Below are positions 49,831-61,743 of a stretch of 64,000 bases of DNA, piece after piece. The notes beneath the pieces are model-generated. The model saw nothing but the letters and a program-made list of their open reading frames with translations. It was not told the origin of the DNA and made no database searches. The stretch is from Malacoraja senta (taxonomy: Eukaryota): the NCBI GenBank assembly GCA_038087875.1, contig CM076000.1:930001-994000 (forward strand), in the 5' to 3' direction. A program made the position numbers and the translations under genes. Numbering within the stretch: the stretch's first letter is position 1; each line of letters opens with the position of its first letter.

Positions 49831-50669
49831 TAAAATGACTCTCAGTCAGAGGAACCACCATTCTCATTACCCTTCCCCACTGAAGAAAAAAAATAGTTGG
49901 AAACTTGTTTTTTGTTCTGGGAGGACATAATTTTTTATCAATGGGAATTATTTTGATAAAGAATTTTCTAAACTAAAATGAACTTTTTACCGTAATTGTA
50001 AATTGATAACAGCAGATGTCACTTTCAATACTGAAAGAAGAATTTTCATTTTTGCACAGAACTCGACTTAATTCTGTCCAGATAATCTGTAATCTTTCCT
50101 GGAATCATTGAGATATCCCAAGCCGCTAAATCAGGAGGTATTATGTTGAAACTGTACAGTAATCAAGTCAAATGACATCTTGAGAACTGCATCAAGTTTT
50201 CGACTATTGGACACAGGAGAAACACTCAAACCTTGTAAACCAGGCAGAGAAGGGCCAACACACTGATACCTCATGTCCAATGGAAACTGATGAATCAAAG
50301 AAACAGAAACAATATTGCGTTCTTCAATGTTTAAAAAAATGAACAATGCTTTAGAGTTTATGGAAAACTGGTGAATCTTTATCGATGTTAGTCATATTTT
50401 ATTTAAAGCAATAGGGATAATTAATTGTTGGTAGATAGGCCAATGCAGTTCAGCAAAAGGCCCTCGCCTGCCAAAGCCAACTAACAATCAGCAATAAATC
50501 CCAATCTTGTCAATAAATTGCCAACATAATAAATTAAAAATCAATAAACGGCCTTGAATTAATGATAACAAGCATCCTTAAAATGATCCTTGGATACCAT
50601 TCTGTTCTTCCTCTCCGACTAATTTAATTCACCTTAGCCAATAAGCTAAACAAATATTGGAGGATTCAA

Positions 50670-51409
50670 ACTCCAACGGGATCCCATCATTGGCCACATC
50701 TTCCCATCTCCTCCCCTGTCTGCTTTCCGCAGAGACCGCTCCCTCCGTAACTCCCTGGTCAATTTGTCCCTTCCCACCCAAACCACCCCCTCTCCTGGCA
50801 CTTTCCCTTGCAACTGCAGGAAATGCTACACTAGTCGCTTTACCTCCTCCCTTGACTCCACTCAAGGACCCAAGCAGTCTTTCCAAGTGCGGCAGAGGTT
50901 CATCTGCACTTCCTCCAACCTCATCTATTGCATCCGCTGCTCTAGGTGTCAGCTGCTCTGCATCGGTGAGAGCAAGCGGAGGCTTGGCGATCGCTTCGCT
51001 CAACACCTCCGCTCGGTTCGCAATAACCAACCTGATCTCCCGGTGGCTCAGCACTTCAACTCCCCCTCCCATTCCGAATCCGACCTTTCTGTCCTGGGCC
51101 TCCTCCATGGCCAGAGTGAGGCCCACCGTAAATTGGAGGAGCAGCACCTCATATTTCACTTGGGCAGTTTACACCCCAGCGGTATGAACATTGACTTCTC
51201 TAATTTCAGGTATTCCCGGCTTTCTCCTCCCCTTCCCAGCTCTCCCTCAGCCCACTGTCTCCGCCTCTTCCTATCTTCTTCCCACCCCCCCCCCTCTCCC
51301 CCACCCTCACATCAGTCTGAAGAAGGGTCTCGACCCGAAACGTTGCCTATTTCCTTCGCTCCATAGATGCTGCCTCACCCGCTGAGTTTCTCCAGCATTT
51401 TTATCTACC
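50670..51409 (+). mobile_element. Penelope-like element, 5'-truncated, young; GIY-YIG endonuclease ORF remnant plus terminal repeat
   Basis: C-rich linker (PCNCRKCYT), FICTSSNLIYCIRCSRCQLLCIGESKRRLGDRFAQH, VAQHFN; 13-bp TSD TTGGAGGATTCAA (50657-50669, 51410-51422). Confidence 0.93.
51313..51350 (+). ncRNA. Putative minimal hammerhead ribozyme core
   Basis: CTGAAGA-A-GGGT-CTCG-ACCC-GAAA-CG-TT; stem I is weak and activity is not shown. Confidence 0.55.
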
Positions 51410-53238
51410 TTGGAGGATTCAATGTACTTCTGCATTGCGCATCGTGGAAGTTTGTGCTGAAAATTGAACACAAATTATGACTTCAAGAGAAGGAACTCAG
51501 AGCCGAGAAGGGTTGCGTGACGCAGCTCTGGAACTCCACTCTCGATAATTTATCTATTCTATCGCTGTACACCACCAAGGTTTTCAGTGTATAATAATGT
51601 GCATATCTTAGTAATTTGTCATTTTATTCTCCCTCACCAAAGATATATTCAGAGCTATGTAATTTCCTTTCAAATTGTTGTGAGTGTGCTGAAGTTAATG
51701 TCTTAATACTTGATTCATTCCCTATTTGCTCAGTAGCTCCACCCAATACTGAGTCTCCTCTTCGAATGAGCTTTTCTTTCATTTATTACTAATGACATTG
51801 ATCTCCCCATTGGAATGATTCCAACCTATATTCATGAACATCGGTCAAAACATAGCATTATTCCAGACAGCTCCTTACATTACACACACATTATTTCAAT
51901 ATTCTATATGCTGAATCATACCCCTCGCCTCATTTTACTAGTTATTTCCCATCGACACCATTAGTCTGAATAAGGTCCCAATCCAAAGGTCTTCTGTCCA
52001 TTTCTCTCTGGAGGTGCTACCTGACCCACTGGGTTCCTCCAGCAGTTTTGTTTTTCACCCTGGATTCCAGCATCTGACATCTCTAGTATCCTCCAATCAT
52101 TGATGCCAACTACAACATTCAGTAAAGGACTGAAAATCAGTTTCTTACAAGTATAACTACATCCTCTTTTCACATTTGAATAAATGATCTGGGACTATAC
52201 TCCTTGTTAGATTTTAAATGAATATTCGCATTCCTCTTGAGGAAAATGTAATTGTAACTTAAATGACCTGATTGACATTCAGACAGAAGTACATCTTGAA
52301 CAGATAATATTGTTAATAGATGATATTGTTAATAGATGATATTGTTAGACATGCTAACAATTACTTTCATTTCTTCTCTTCGGTGACTGGTCCATGTCAG
52401 GGAATTAAGTTAGTATGGATCCATCAAGTAAAGTTAGCCTGTTCTCGCCCACTTCAAAATCTATTTTATATATTCACTTCCATCACTTTGGGTCCCATGA
52501 GGCCTTGAAAAAAATTAGTACATCATTAAGAAACAGTTTATTAATTCTAACCAGATCATTTTAATTGATTAACTTTGCCAAATCTGTTTCACTGTCTCAC
52601 TGCACTCTTTTCGTACTCTTTCCGTACTCCACTCATTTGCAACCTCTCTCCATGTTTACAATGATCTGGCTTTTAATTGCTCCCATCAAAGTGCACAACC
52701 TCACACTTTGTTCTATTAACTCCCATTTGTCAAATTGTCGCCTAATTTTTAAATCATCAACAAACTTGGGTGTCTTACAGTCTGTTTATCCTCCATGCCA
52801 TTAACATAGGTAGTAAATAAATGAATGTCAGTCAACTAGTTTTGTCTTTCAAGTCTGAAAAAGACCATTCATTCCAATTCTCTGTTGTCTCTGTGATAAC
52901 TAGTTCACTATCTACGTCAATACATTTATCCCTTTTTAATTTGCCATACATGATTTCCCTTTCATATAAACATATTGCCTCGATTGCATTAGCCTTTGTC
53001 AACAACTAACTATATATTCCTTGATTTTACTTCGGAGTCACATGAGTGACTACGTGAAGAAGAGCCCGTCCAGCCGCACACGTGTCATATATCGTCAGAC
53101 GCAGCGCAGCGACCGTGTGTGGAGGAGTAAAGCTCCTCCAAGCGGTGAGTAAGTAAAAGCCTGAAGGTAAGTGCTTTCACTTTCGCTTTCAGGTCGCCTT
53201 CCTCGTTAGACTTGTAGTGGAGTTCCACACAAGTTAGT

Positions 53239-54568
53239 ATGGAGAGAGGGCGTAGAGGGAGGAGACGTACCACAGGTTAACCTCAAGAAGACCGCGGGTC
53301 TGGGGGTAGCGGGCGTCCGTTTGAGGAGTCGGTGGCAGCGAGGCCATCAACTCCAGATGCGGTAGAAAGTACCGTTACAGCGCCATTGGGGCGCAAGGCT
53401 GGGCAAAAGTCTGTGCGACCAGTAGACTCTGAGGAGTCAGACCCGGAGGTTAACCCTCCTCAGTCAGAAGTTATGGCTGCTAGGGTCGCTAGTCTAGAAT
53501 TCCTCATGGGGAAAATTATATATCAAGAACCACATCAGGAGGAATACAGTCTGCGTTGGCCTATGGGAGAGCTAGCGCAGGGACTGCCTTGGATGGGTCA
53601 GGCACAGCGTTGGCCTACAGGAGAGCCAGTGCCAGAAATGCCTGAAAAGAGGCAGTATAAGCGTTGGCCTAAAGGAGTGCCAGCGGCAACAATGTCTGAA
53701 GGAAGACAGTATAAGCGTTGCCCTACAGGGGAGCCAGCGCCAGCAGCACCTGAAATAGGGCTGCCTATGCGTGGGCCTACAGGAGAGCCTGCACGGGGAG
53801 AACCTGGTAAAGAATTTACTATGCGTAGGCCTATGGAAGAGCCAGTGCTAGAATCACCTGAAACAGGGATGCCAGATCTCCCCCATCATGAGGAGGAACA
53901 TCAAGATTCAGATGATGAATCATCTGAGGACCAGAGCCCAATAACAGAGCCTAAAATACCAGGTCTGGCACAAAAGTTTGCTGTTCCCAGACTAACAGTG
54001 GAACCATTGGGAGATGAATTAGCAATGACTATAAATTACTTGCTCTCCCATCAGCTCCAGGAATTAACCATGGATGAGACTGTCAAAAAAATATGAAACC
54101 CCGCAGAATTGTGCACTTCTAGCAGTCCCGGCGGTGAATAACGTGATATGGGGCTATTTGGGCATTGGAGTACGAGTACAAGAATTGAAATTACAACGGG
54201 TGTTGAAATTGCTGGGGTCAGGCATTACGGCTTTCGCCAGAGGTTTGGAGGAGGAGCATGTGTCTGCATCACAACAGGATGCCTTAGCTCTCATGTGTAG
54301 TGCGCACTTTGAAATAAACTGTATTCGTAAAAGTGCCATAAGACCTAATATTCACCCTAAGTTTGCGGGGCTCTGTAAACCATCTAATATTCAATTGCCT
54401 AACCTGCTTTTTGGAGAGAATCTAGCCAAAAGGGTAAAAGACCTGAATGAAGAAGCAACAACCGTGGGAATGATGAAACCACCGGTGCTTAGCAGATCAA
54501 TTCGAAGGCAGTATCCCTACCGATGGGTGTCTGGGGCTGGAGAAGGAACAAGTCGGCCTTTCTCATAA
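53239..54568 (+). pseudogene. DIRS ORF1 (gag-like)
   Basis: ATG at 53239 is in frame with the 53332 ORF but has a TAA at 53278; frameshift in the A-run near 54086; YETPQNCALLAVPAVNNVIW and LLFGENL motifs. Confidence 0.8.
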
Positions 54569-54595
54569 ACGCGTTATTGGCGCACTGCTCCTGGG

Positions 54596-56588
54596 ATGCG
54601 TGGAGGTTACAGTATTCCCACTAAGGGTAGGGGACAATATTTGCCATCGGCAAACCCCGAGGTAGGTGGGTCTGGTCCGGTAAGAGACATATTAAATGTT
54701 TCACACTCACAAGTTGGAGGAAGATTACAATTCTTCCTAAAAGAATGGCAACAAATAACAACTGGTGCGTTTATACTGTGCAGTATTGTGGGATTTAGAA
54801 TTGAATTCTATCCACATTTGGATCCTCCTACTCAGCATATTTCATGCCGGACACGTATTTTCTCAAAAGAAGAGAATATGCAGATTCAGGCAGAACTTGA
54901 AATATTGTGCAAAAAAGGTGTAATAGAGAAGTCAGTTGACCAACACCATCAATTTGTGTCAAGTATTTTTCCTAGACGTAAAAAGAATGGTGGGTGTACA
55001 ATTATTCTAGATCTGACAAGTCCTAACCCTTTTATACAGTATAAACATTTTTAAATGGAGACATTTACAAATGCCATTCAGCTTTTTCAAGAGAATGTTA
55101 TATGGCTAGCATAGATCTGCAAGATGCATATTATTCTGTGGCTGTGCATGGAAATGATTGGAGATACTTAAAATTTAGATGGATGAGTCAATTATGGCAA
55201 TTTAAAGCATTGCCTAATGGTTTAACTTCAGCTCCAAGACTATTTACAAAATTAATAAAAACCAATTTTAGCACTACTAAAAGCTCAGGGCCATGTGCTA
55301 ATGGCCTATTTGGATGATATTCTGATTGTAGGAGACACTTTGGCTACAACAGAAGCATCAGTGTCAAGAATTAAGCTCATTTTCGAGAGGCTGGGTTTCA
55401 TTATTCACCCACATAAATCCAAACTATTACCAAGCACAGAAATTGATTACTTGGGTTTTACCATTAACTCAGAACACATGGTAGTCACTTTGCCTAAAGA
55501 TAAAAGGCTGCAGTTAATTGAAGGTTGTATTAGGCTCATTACACAGCACCAACCCTCAATTAGGCAGGTAGCAAGCTTGCTGGGCAAATTAATTGCTTCT
55601 TTTCCAGCTGTACAGTTTGGACCACTGCATTATCAGCATTTGCAGCGAGCAAAGGTACATGCATGAAGGATATATGCAGGGCATTTTGACAGGCCCATGC
55701 AATTGCCAATTGTGGCTATTAAGGAAATAGAATGGTGGATTAACAGTGTCTCTAATGCTTCCAGACAAATTCTGGTTGAAACACCTTCCATTATTCTACA
55801 GAGTGTTGTAAGTGCTCTAGGTTGGGGCGCTACTAATACTGTTTCCAGCTGTGGAGGTAGATGGAATGTGGATGAAGTACCTTTGCTCCAAGAACAAGGT
55901 ATCAATTACCTAGAGCTTTTAGGAAAATTAGATGGGCTTAAAGCTTATTGTTCTAATGAAACATTTGCATGTTCAGGTACAGATTGACAATACTACAGCT
56001 GTAGCGTATGTTAATCATATGGGTGGTATCAAGTCAGGATCTTGTGATAGATTGGCAAACGTGATCTGGACCTGGTGTATTACCAGAAACATTTGGCTTT
56101 CGGCAATCTACCTACCAGGTAGACTCAACATAGTTGCAGACACAAGGTCACGTAAATTCAATGACAATACAGAGTGGATGTTGGATCGTGAAAAATTTAA
56201 TAAAATTGTTGCACAGTTCAGGATGCCAGAGATTGACTTGTTTGCATCAAGACTTAACCACCAATTGCCTAAGTATGTGTCATGGGAACCTGATCCTGGT
56301 GCAGTAGCGGTGGATGCTTTCTCGCTACATTGGGGTAGTATGTTTCTGTATGCATTTCCTCCATTTTGCCTCATTAATCGGTGTATACAGAAAATCAAAC
56401 AGGACTCAGCTTCAGGGGTTTTGGTGGTACCAGACTGGCCTACACAGCCGTGGTACCCTCTGGTGTTAAAAATGATCACAAGGCCCCTTATGATTATTCC
56501 TAAGCAGGAAAACCTGCTTGTGCACCCTGTAACTGGTGAGTCACATCCTTTACATGATCATATTGGTTTATTGACTTGCAGATTCTAA
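54596..56588 (+). pseudogene. DIRS RT / RNase H / DNA N6-adenine methyltransferase-like ORF
   Basis: VGGRLQFF..EW, SIDLQDAYY, LPNGLTSAPRLFTK, AYLDDILI, INYLEL, IDNTTAVAYVN, IDLFASRLN, LYAFPPF; several frameshifts and stops. Confidence 0.93.
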
Positions 56589-57573
56589 GAAGGCCATATC
56601 TCGGAAGAGGATTATCAGAGCGTACTGTGGATGTTATGGCGGCAGCCTGGAGGAATAGTACCCAGAAGCAGTACATTTCTTATATAAGGAAATGGGAGGT
56701 GTTTTGTTTACAAAAGAATATTACATATCACACTGCAGACATTTCAGATGTGTTAGAGTTTCTGTCAACTCTTTATTTTGATTTGCATTTGAACTATAGT
56801 GCGATCAATACTGTAAGGAGTGCTCTTTCTGCATATCTATGCAGTGAATCAGAACAAAATCCTATAGGATCACACCCTTGGGTCTGTAGATAAATGAAGG
56901 GAATTTTTAATTCAAATTCCTCCTAGACCCAGGTATACAGAAATCTGGAATGTAAGAGATGTGCTTATGCTCCTTCGCCAATGGACGCCTATTGAAGCTC
57001 TGTCATTGGCCAAAATTACCATGAAGTTAGTTATGCTCATGGCACTAGTTTCAGCACAGAGAGTGCAAACATTGCAGAAATTACGAATAGACAGGATGAA
57101 AATAGCAGCAGATGCCATTACATTCTATGTCTATGATTTGCTTAAACAGAGTAGACCTGGGTTCACAGGATGTAACTTGTTTTTTTCAGCATATCCTACG
57201 GATCCACGTCTATGTGTAGTAGCACATTTACGATGTTACATTGAAGCAACCAGAACCTTAAGAGGTGCAGAATCAGCATTCTTTGTCAGCTATAAAAAAA
57301 ATGCATAAGAAAGTGTCGGTACAGACTATTTCAAGATGGCTGAAGCAGGTGTTGGTTGATGCAGGTATTGATACTGACAAATTTAAAACTCATTCCACCA
57401 GGGCGGCATCAACATCGGCGGCCAAGGATTTGGACGTTCCAATAGACCTTATCCTCGCGGCCGCAGGATGGGCAAGTGAACGGATGTTTCACAAGTATTA
57501 CCATAAGGAGATTACAGATCCTGGGTTATTTGGTGGTGCTGTTTTGGATTCAGTATTAAGTCCCCCATTATGA
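56576..57573 (+). pseudogene. DIRS tyrosine recombinase
   Basis: LALVSAQRV-type first Arg motif (MALVSAQRVQTL), LLKQSRPG, HSTRAASTS, AAGWAS..F.KYY; stop and frameshifts. Confidence 0.93.
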
Positions 57574-57727
57574 TAAAGGGGTTACTATTGTTGTGATAAA
57601 TAAACCATTAACTGATTACATCTATGTTGTGGTTATGCATTGTTGATTGCTTTACTCATTTAGAGTCAATCAATGCAGTGAGACGCCTGGATTTGAATCT
57701 ACGGCGTGAAATCACAGAGCTTTGAAA

Positions 57728-57839
57728 TCTTCACGTAGTCACTCACGTGACTCCGAAGTAAAATAGTAAGATTAAACGAGAACTTACCAGTTTGAAGTTT
57801 GATCTTTATTTTATGAGGAGTTACGATGAGGGACTACGT
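57728..57839. repeat. DIRS internal complementary region (ICR)
   Basis: 57728-57764 is the reverse complement of the left end (53024-53060); 57762-57839 is the reverse complement of the right end (57977-58054). Confidence 0.95.
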
Positions 57840-58779
57840 ACCCTCCGCTCCCACCCTCATAAAGATTGAGCTGGTAGTTTTAGTCTTTACGTATCTTACT
57901 ATCATACTTCAGTAATTGTTGTCTGTGACTGCTGCTTTGAAGATTGACACGTGTGCGGCTGGACGGGCTCTTCTTCACGTAGTCCCTCATCGTAACTCCT
58001 CATAAAATAAAGATCAAACTTCAAACTGGTACGTTCTCGTTTAATCTTACTATTATAGATGGCACCATTTTCCCAACAATAGATGCTGAGCTAACTGGCC
58101 CCTTGAACGTTGTCTACTGTTTGTCACCCTTCCCTCTTAAACAAGAGTGTAATGCAGAGATGATAAGGGTGTTGAGCCCATACATAAGCAAGGTACTCTT
58201 GTTTTGATGTAGAATTGATCAGAATGAATGCTGAACACCTTTTATATTGGAATTGTGCAGAGATTCAACATTCTATGATTAGGTACACTGTGCACTGTTT
58301 TTATTTTCCTTGTATGCGTTATTTTTAATTTTCTGACAATGTTTATTCTTCAACTCTCCAAGGATCAAGCGATTAAATAAGAATGCTATTAGTGCAACAA
58401 AGATTTCTATCCAACTGTCATCAGATATTATTCATATAAACTATTCGGAGTAAGTACTGATTCACAGAAGAAGTCTTTGATACAGTAGCAGTATATAATG
58501 AGTGAAAATCTCCGCAATTATGAAACTAATAGCTGTGACGGTCCTCTGTTTGTATATTCTTCCAGTTTTGTCTGGGAAAAATTAACTTTGATACATTTAG
58601 ATTTTAATTGCCAGACTGAGTTTAGTAGTTTCAGAGTGAATATTCTAATTACATAAATGATTATATTGTAACCCTCTTCAAGTTATACTAAAATCTCGAA
58701 TCAGGATTTAATTCACGTGAAGAATGTGATCTTCCACACTGATTAGCTTTACCTCTGAGCCACTGTGCCACCCAAATCA

Positions 58780-60005
58780 TGTTTAGTCTTCAACCTCAAA
58801 CACCATTTTCTACCCTATCCTCATATCCCTTCATTCCTTGAATATGCTGAAATCTATTGACCTTTATTTTGATCCGTTTGATGACTGAGTCTCTGTAGCC
58901 CTACAGGAAAACAAATTCCATAGACTCACCAACTTCCAAATGAAGTGGTTACTTCTGGCTTTTTGTTTTAATGGTCTACTCCTGATTTTGACACAGTTAC
59001 ACTTAGTTCTAGTTATAAAGGGGAAATATCCTCCCTAAATCTACACTTTAATAGTTTGCAATGTCCCAAAGAACTTACTTCTCATTCTTCTAAACTAGAT
59101 CTCTGTTCTCTAATCACTCCTCTCTAACATCAGATGTTAAGCTAACTGACCAAAGGTTTCCTGCTATTTTGGCCAAATTTGCTCAAAACACTCCTGCTGA
59201 AGTCTCAGCAAAGCCATTATAATTGTCATATATTATTCTTATTCTTGCACTCAAATCTTCTTCTTATTAAGGCCATAAAGTAATTTGCCTTCCTAACTGC
59301 TTGCTGCACCTTTGATTTATGCACAAGGACGTCAAATGCATCTGAATGTCAACGTTTCCCACTCTTCCAATTCTCAGTCCATGCTATTATTTTATATGCT
59401 TTAATACCCTTCTGTATGGGACCTTTGCAAAAACATTCTGCAAATATATGTTACATCGACTGGTTCCCTTTATTTTCTCTAGAAGAAACAAGAAACTCAT
59501 CTAAGAGATTAGTCTAAAGTGATTAGCCTTTCCGATATTCATGTTGCTGTTTCTCCAGTATACTGTTACTTTCTCAATCTATTGATGTGGCATTCTTTTC
59601 TTGTAAACATCAGCATTTCCCTACAACGAATGTCAGACTAATTGTTAAAGGATTGTTAGTTCTCCTTTTTCACTCCTTTCTTTCATAAATAGTGAGGTCA
59701 CATTTGTTACCCTCACAGCTGCAGGAATCATTCTAGAATCTATATATATTTTTAAATCATAGCATCATACGGTACAGAAACAGGCCTTTCAGCCCAACAC
59801 GTCCATACCAACCAAGATGTCTACCTGCGCTAGTCCCACTTGCGTGTTTTTGGACCTAAACCCTTCCTGTACCTGTCCAGACATATTTTGAAAGAAATAT
59901 CTACCTCTACCACTTCCTCTGACTGCTCTTTCCAAAAACTCACCACTCTCTGAGTGAAAAACGTGCCCCTCTAGTCTCCTTCAAACCTTTCCCCTCTTAT
60001 CTGTT
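58780..60005 (-). mobile_element. Old CR1 remnants plus a younger CR1 3' end (59755-60005)
   Basis: Degraded homology to the other CR1 copies; gaaacaggcctttcagcccaac tail. Confidence 0.6.
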
Positions 60006-60514
60006 TTTTTTTACTTGGATGGAATTGAGTTTCAAAGGAATTAGGATGGGATTTGAATTCACGTTTCCAGATCAGTAACCTAGGTGCAAATTTGACCACA
60101 ATGATCTTATGAAGATGATAATTCCAGCATCCACTGTTTCTTTAGGCACCTCTTCAGGTTTTTTTTTCTATGAATTGTATCATTTTTTCCGGATTATTAA
60201 AACCTTTACTTTACTTTACTAATCACGTGACTGACACTTTTTTAAAGGCCATTATTTGTAGTAGAGTCTGTTATTTGAGAAGATTTTTGTTTTCCGTGAG
60301 GAAACAGGTAAAGCATTCCTTCACAAAGATTCCTTTAAAAAAATCAGCTATTCCCTCCTCTTAAAGTTTTTTTAAGCCAAGTGGCTTCTTTTTCAAATGC
60401 TTTTCTCCTAAATTTGTAGTTGAGAATAATTAACCCAAATAGTTTAATCTTCATTTTATTCAGAAATATTCAGAGTATTTTGTTTTTACCTGTATATTAA
60501 TTGTTGTCCAGTAT

Positions 60515-61155
60515 GAGACAATAGACAATAGACAATAGGTGCAGGAGTAGGCCATTCGGCCCTTCGAGCCAGCACCACCATTCAATGTGATCATGGCTGA
60601 TCATTCCCAATCAGTACCCCGTTCCTGCCTTTTCCCCATATCCCCTGACTGCTATCGTTAAGAGCCCTATCCAGCTCTCTCTTGAAAGCATCCACGGAAC
60701 CTGCCTCCACTGACCTCTGAGGCAGAGAATTCCACACACTCACACCTCTCTGTGAGAAAAAGTGTTTCCTCGTCTCCGTTCTAAATGGCTTACTCATTAT
60801 TCTTAAATTGTGGCCCCTGGTTCTGGACTCCCCCAACATCGGGAACATGTCTCCTGCCCCCAGCGTGTCCAAACCCTTAACAATCTTATATGTTTCAATA
60901 AGATCCCCTCGCGTCCTTCTAAACTCCAGAGTGTACAAGCCCAGCTGCTTCATTCTCTCAGCATATGACAGTCCCGCCATCCCGAGAATTAACCTTGTAA
61001 ACCTGCCCTGCACTCCCTCAATAGCAAGAATGTCCTTCCTCAAATTAGGGGACTAAAACTGCACACAATACTCCAGGTGTGGTCTCACTAGGGTTCTGTA
61101 CAACAGCAGAAGAACCTATTTGCTCCTATACTCGATTCCTCTTGTTATAAAGAGC
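60515..61155 (-). mobile_element. CR1 3' fragment (same subfamily as 365-1482)
   Basis: ORF 60591-61043; (tagacaa)n tail. Confidence 0.95.
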
Positions 61156-61319
61156 CTTGTGGGCAGATCACATTAAATAATGCATTTACCATTTACTGGT
61201 GTTCACTCTGTGCGTCGATATTAAATGTATCCTATTGTTTCTTTTGGAGAGTGGAATAGATTGGAAATGCATCGGGATTGTAGAAAAGTGGTGTAGTCAC
61301 ATCATTATACAATAAACTC

Positions 61320-61600
61320 ATGTGACTCATAAAAGTGCAATTTTGTATGGCATTTGATTAAACTCCCCTCTGCGCAATAAAAAAAAATAAAAAATTCTCT
61401 AAACTTATTAACTTTTTAGGCAACGACTTTTTGAAGCGTGCCGTGGATCAGCGGGGATATTGCTTTATAAATAAGAAAGCAGTGTGACATTTACGCGGCA
61501 TTTGGGATGCCCGCTAGGCGTTGATGAGAAGCCGGGGTACAGGAAGTGAAATCCTATAAATTGAAGGTTTCTCGTATCTCGCCGCTGAGTTTTGCGCGAT
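61320..61600 (+). promoter_or_regulatory. Putative promoter: AP-1 (TGACTCA 61323), C/EBP-like (GCGCAAT 61372), ETS-IRF (GGAAGTGAAA 61542), TATA (TATAAA 61555)
   Basis: Consensus motif matches in CpG-enriched unique sequence directly upstream of a signal-peptide exon. Confidence 0.65.
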
Positions 61601-61673
61601 CACAACACTGCTGCGAGTGGCACCACGCTGAAGAGACAGGGACCACCGGGACCAACAAGAAACCACCGCCAGG

Positions 61674-61743
61674 ATGAAGAGCAGCTCTCCAAAGCACATT
61701 TTCCTGGTTGCCTGCTGTCTGTGCACTTTACCCTTAAGTTCAG
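61674..61743 (+). CDS. First coding exon, signal peptide MKSSSPKHIFLVACCLCTLPLSS of an unidentified secreted or membrane protein
   Basis: Kozak gccaggATG; basic N-terminus, hydrophobic core and small residues; 70 nt ending CAG|gtgcgt in phase 1. Confidence 0.7.

Larger units (their letters stand above)
53024..58054 (+). mobile_element. Full-length DIRS1-like tyrosine-recombinase retrotransposon (decayed ORFs)
   Basis: Split inverted terminal repeats, internal complementary region, gag-RT/RNaseH-MT-YR order; ATT at both ends. Confidence 0.96.

Noticed and set aside
55932..57573. Prophage or bacterial contamination (integrase plus methyltransferase)
   Set aside because: Both domains lie within a DIRS retrotransposon with RT, ICR and vertebrate repeat flanks.
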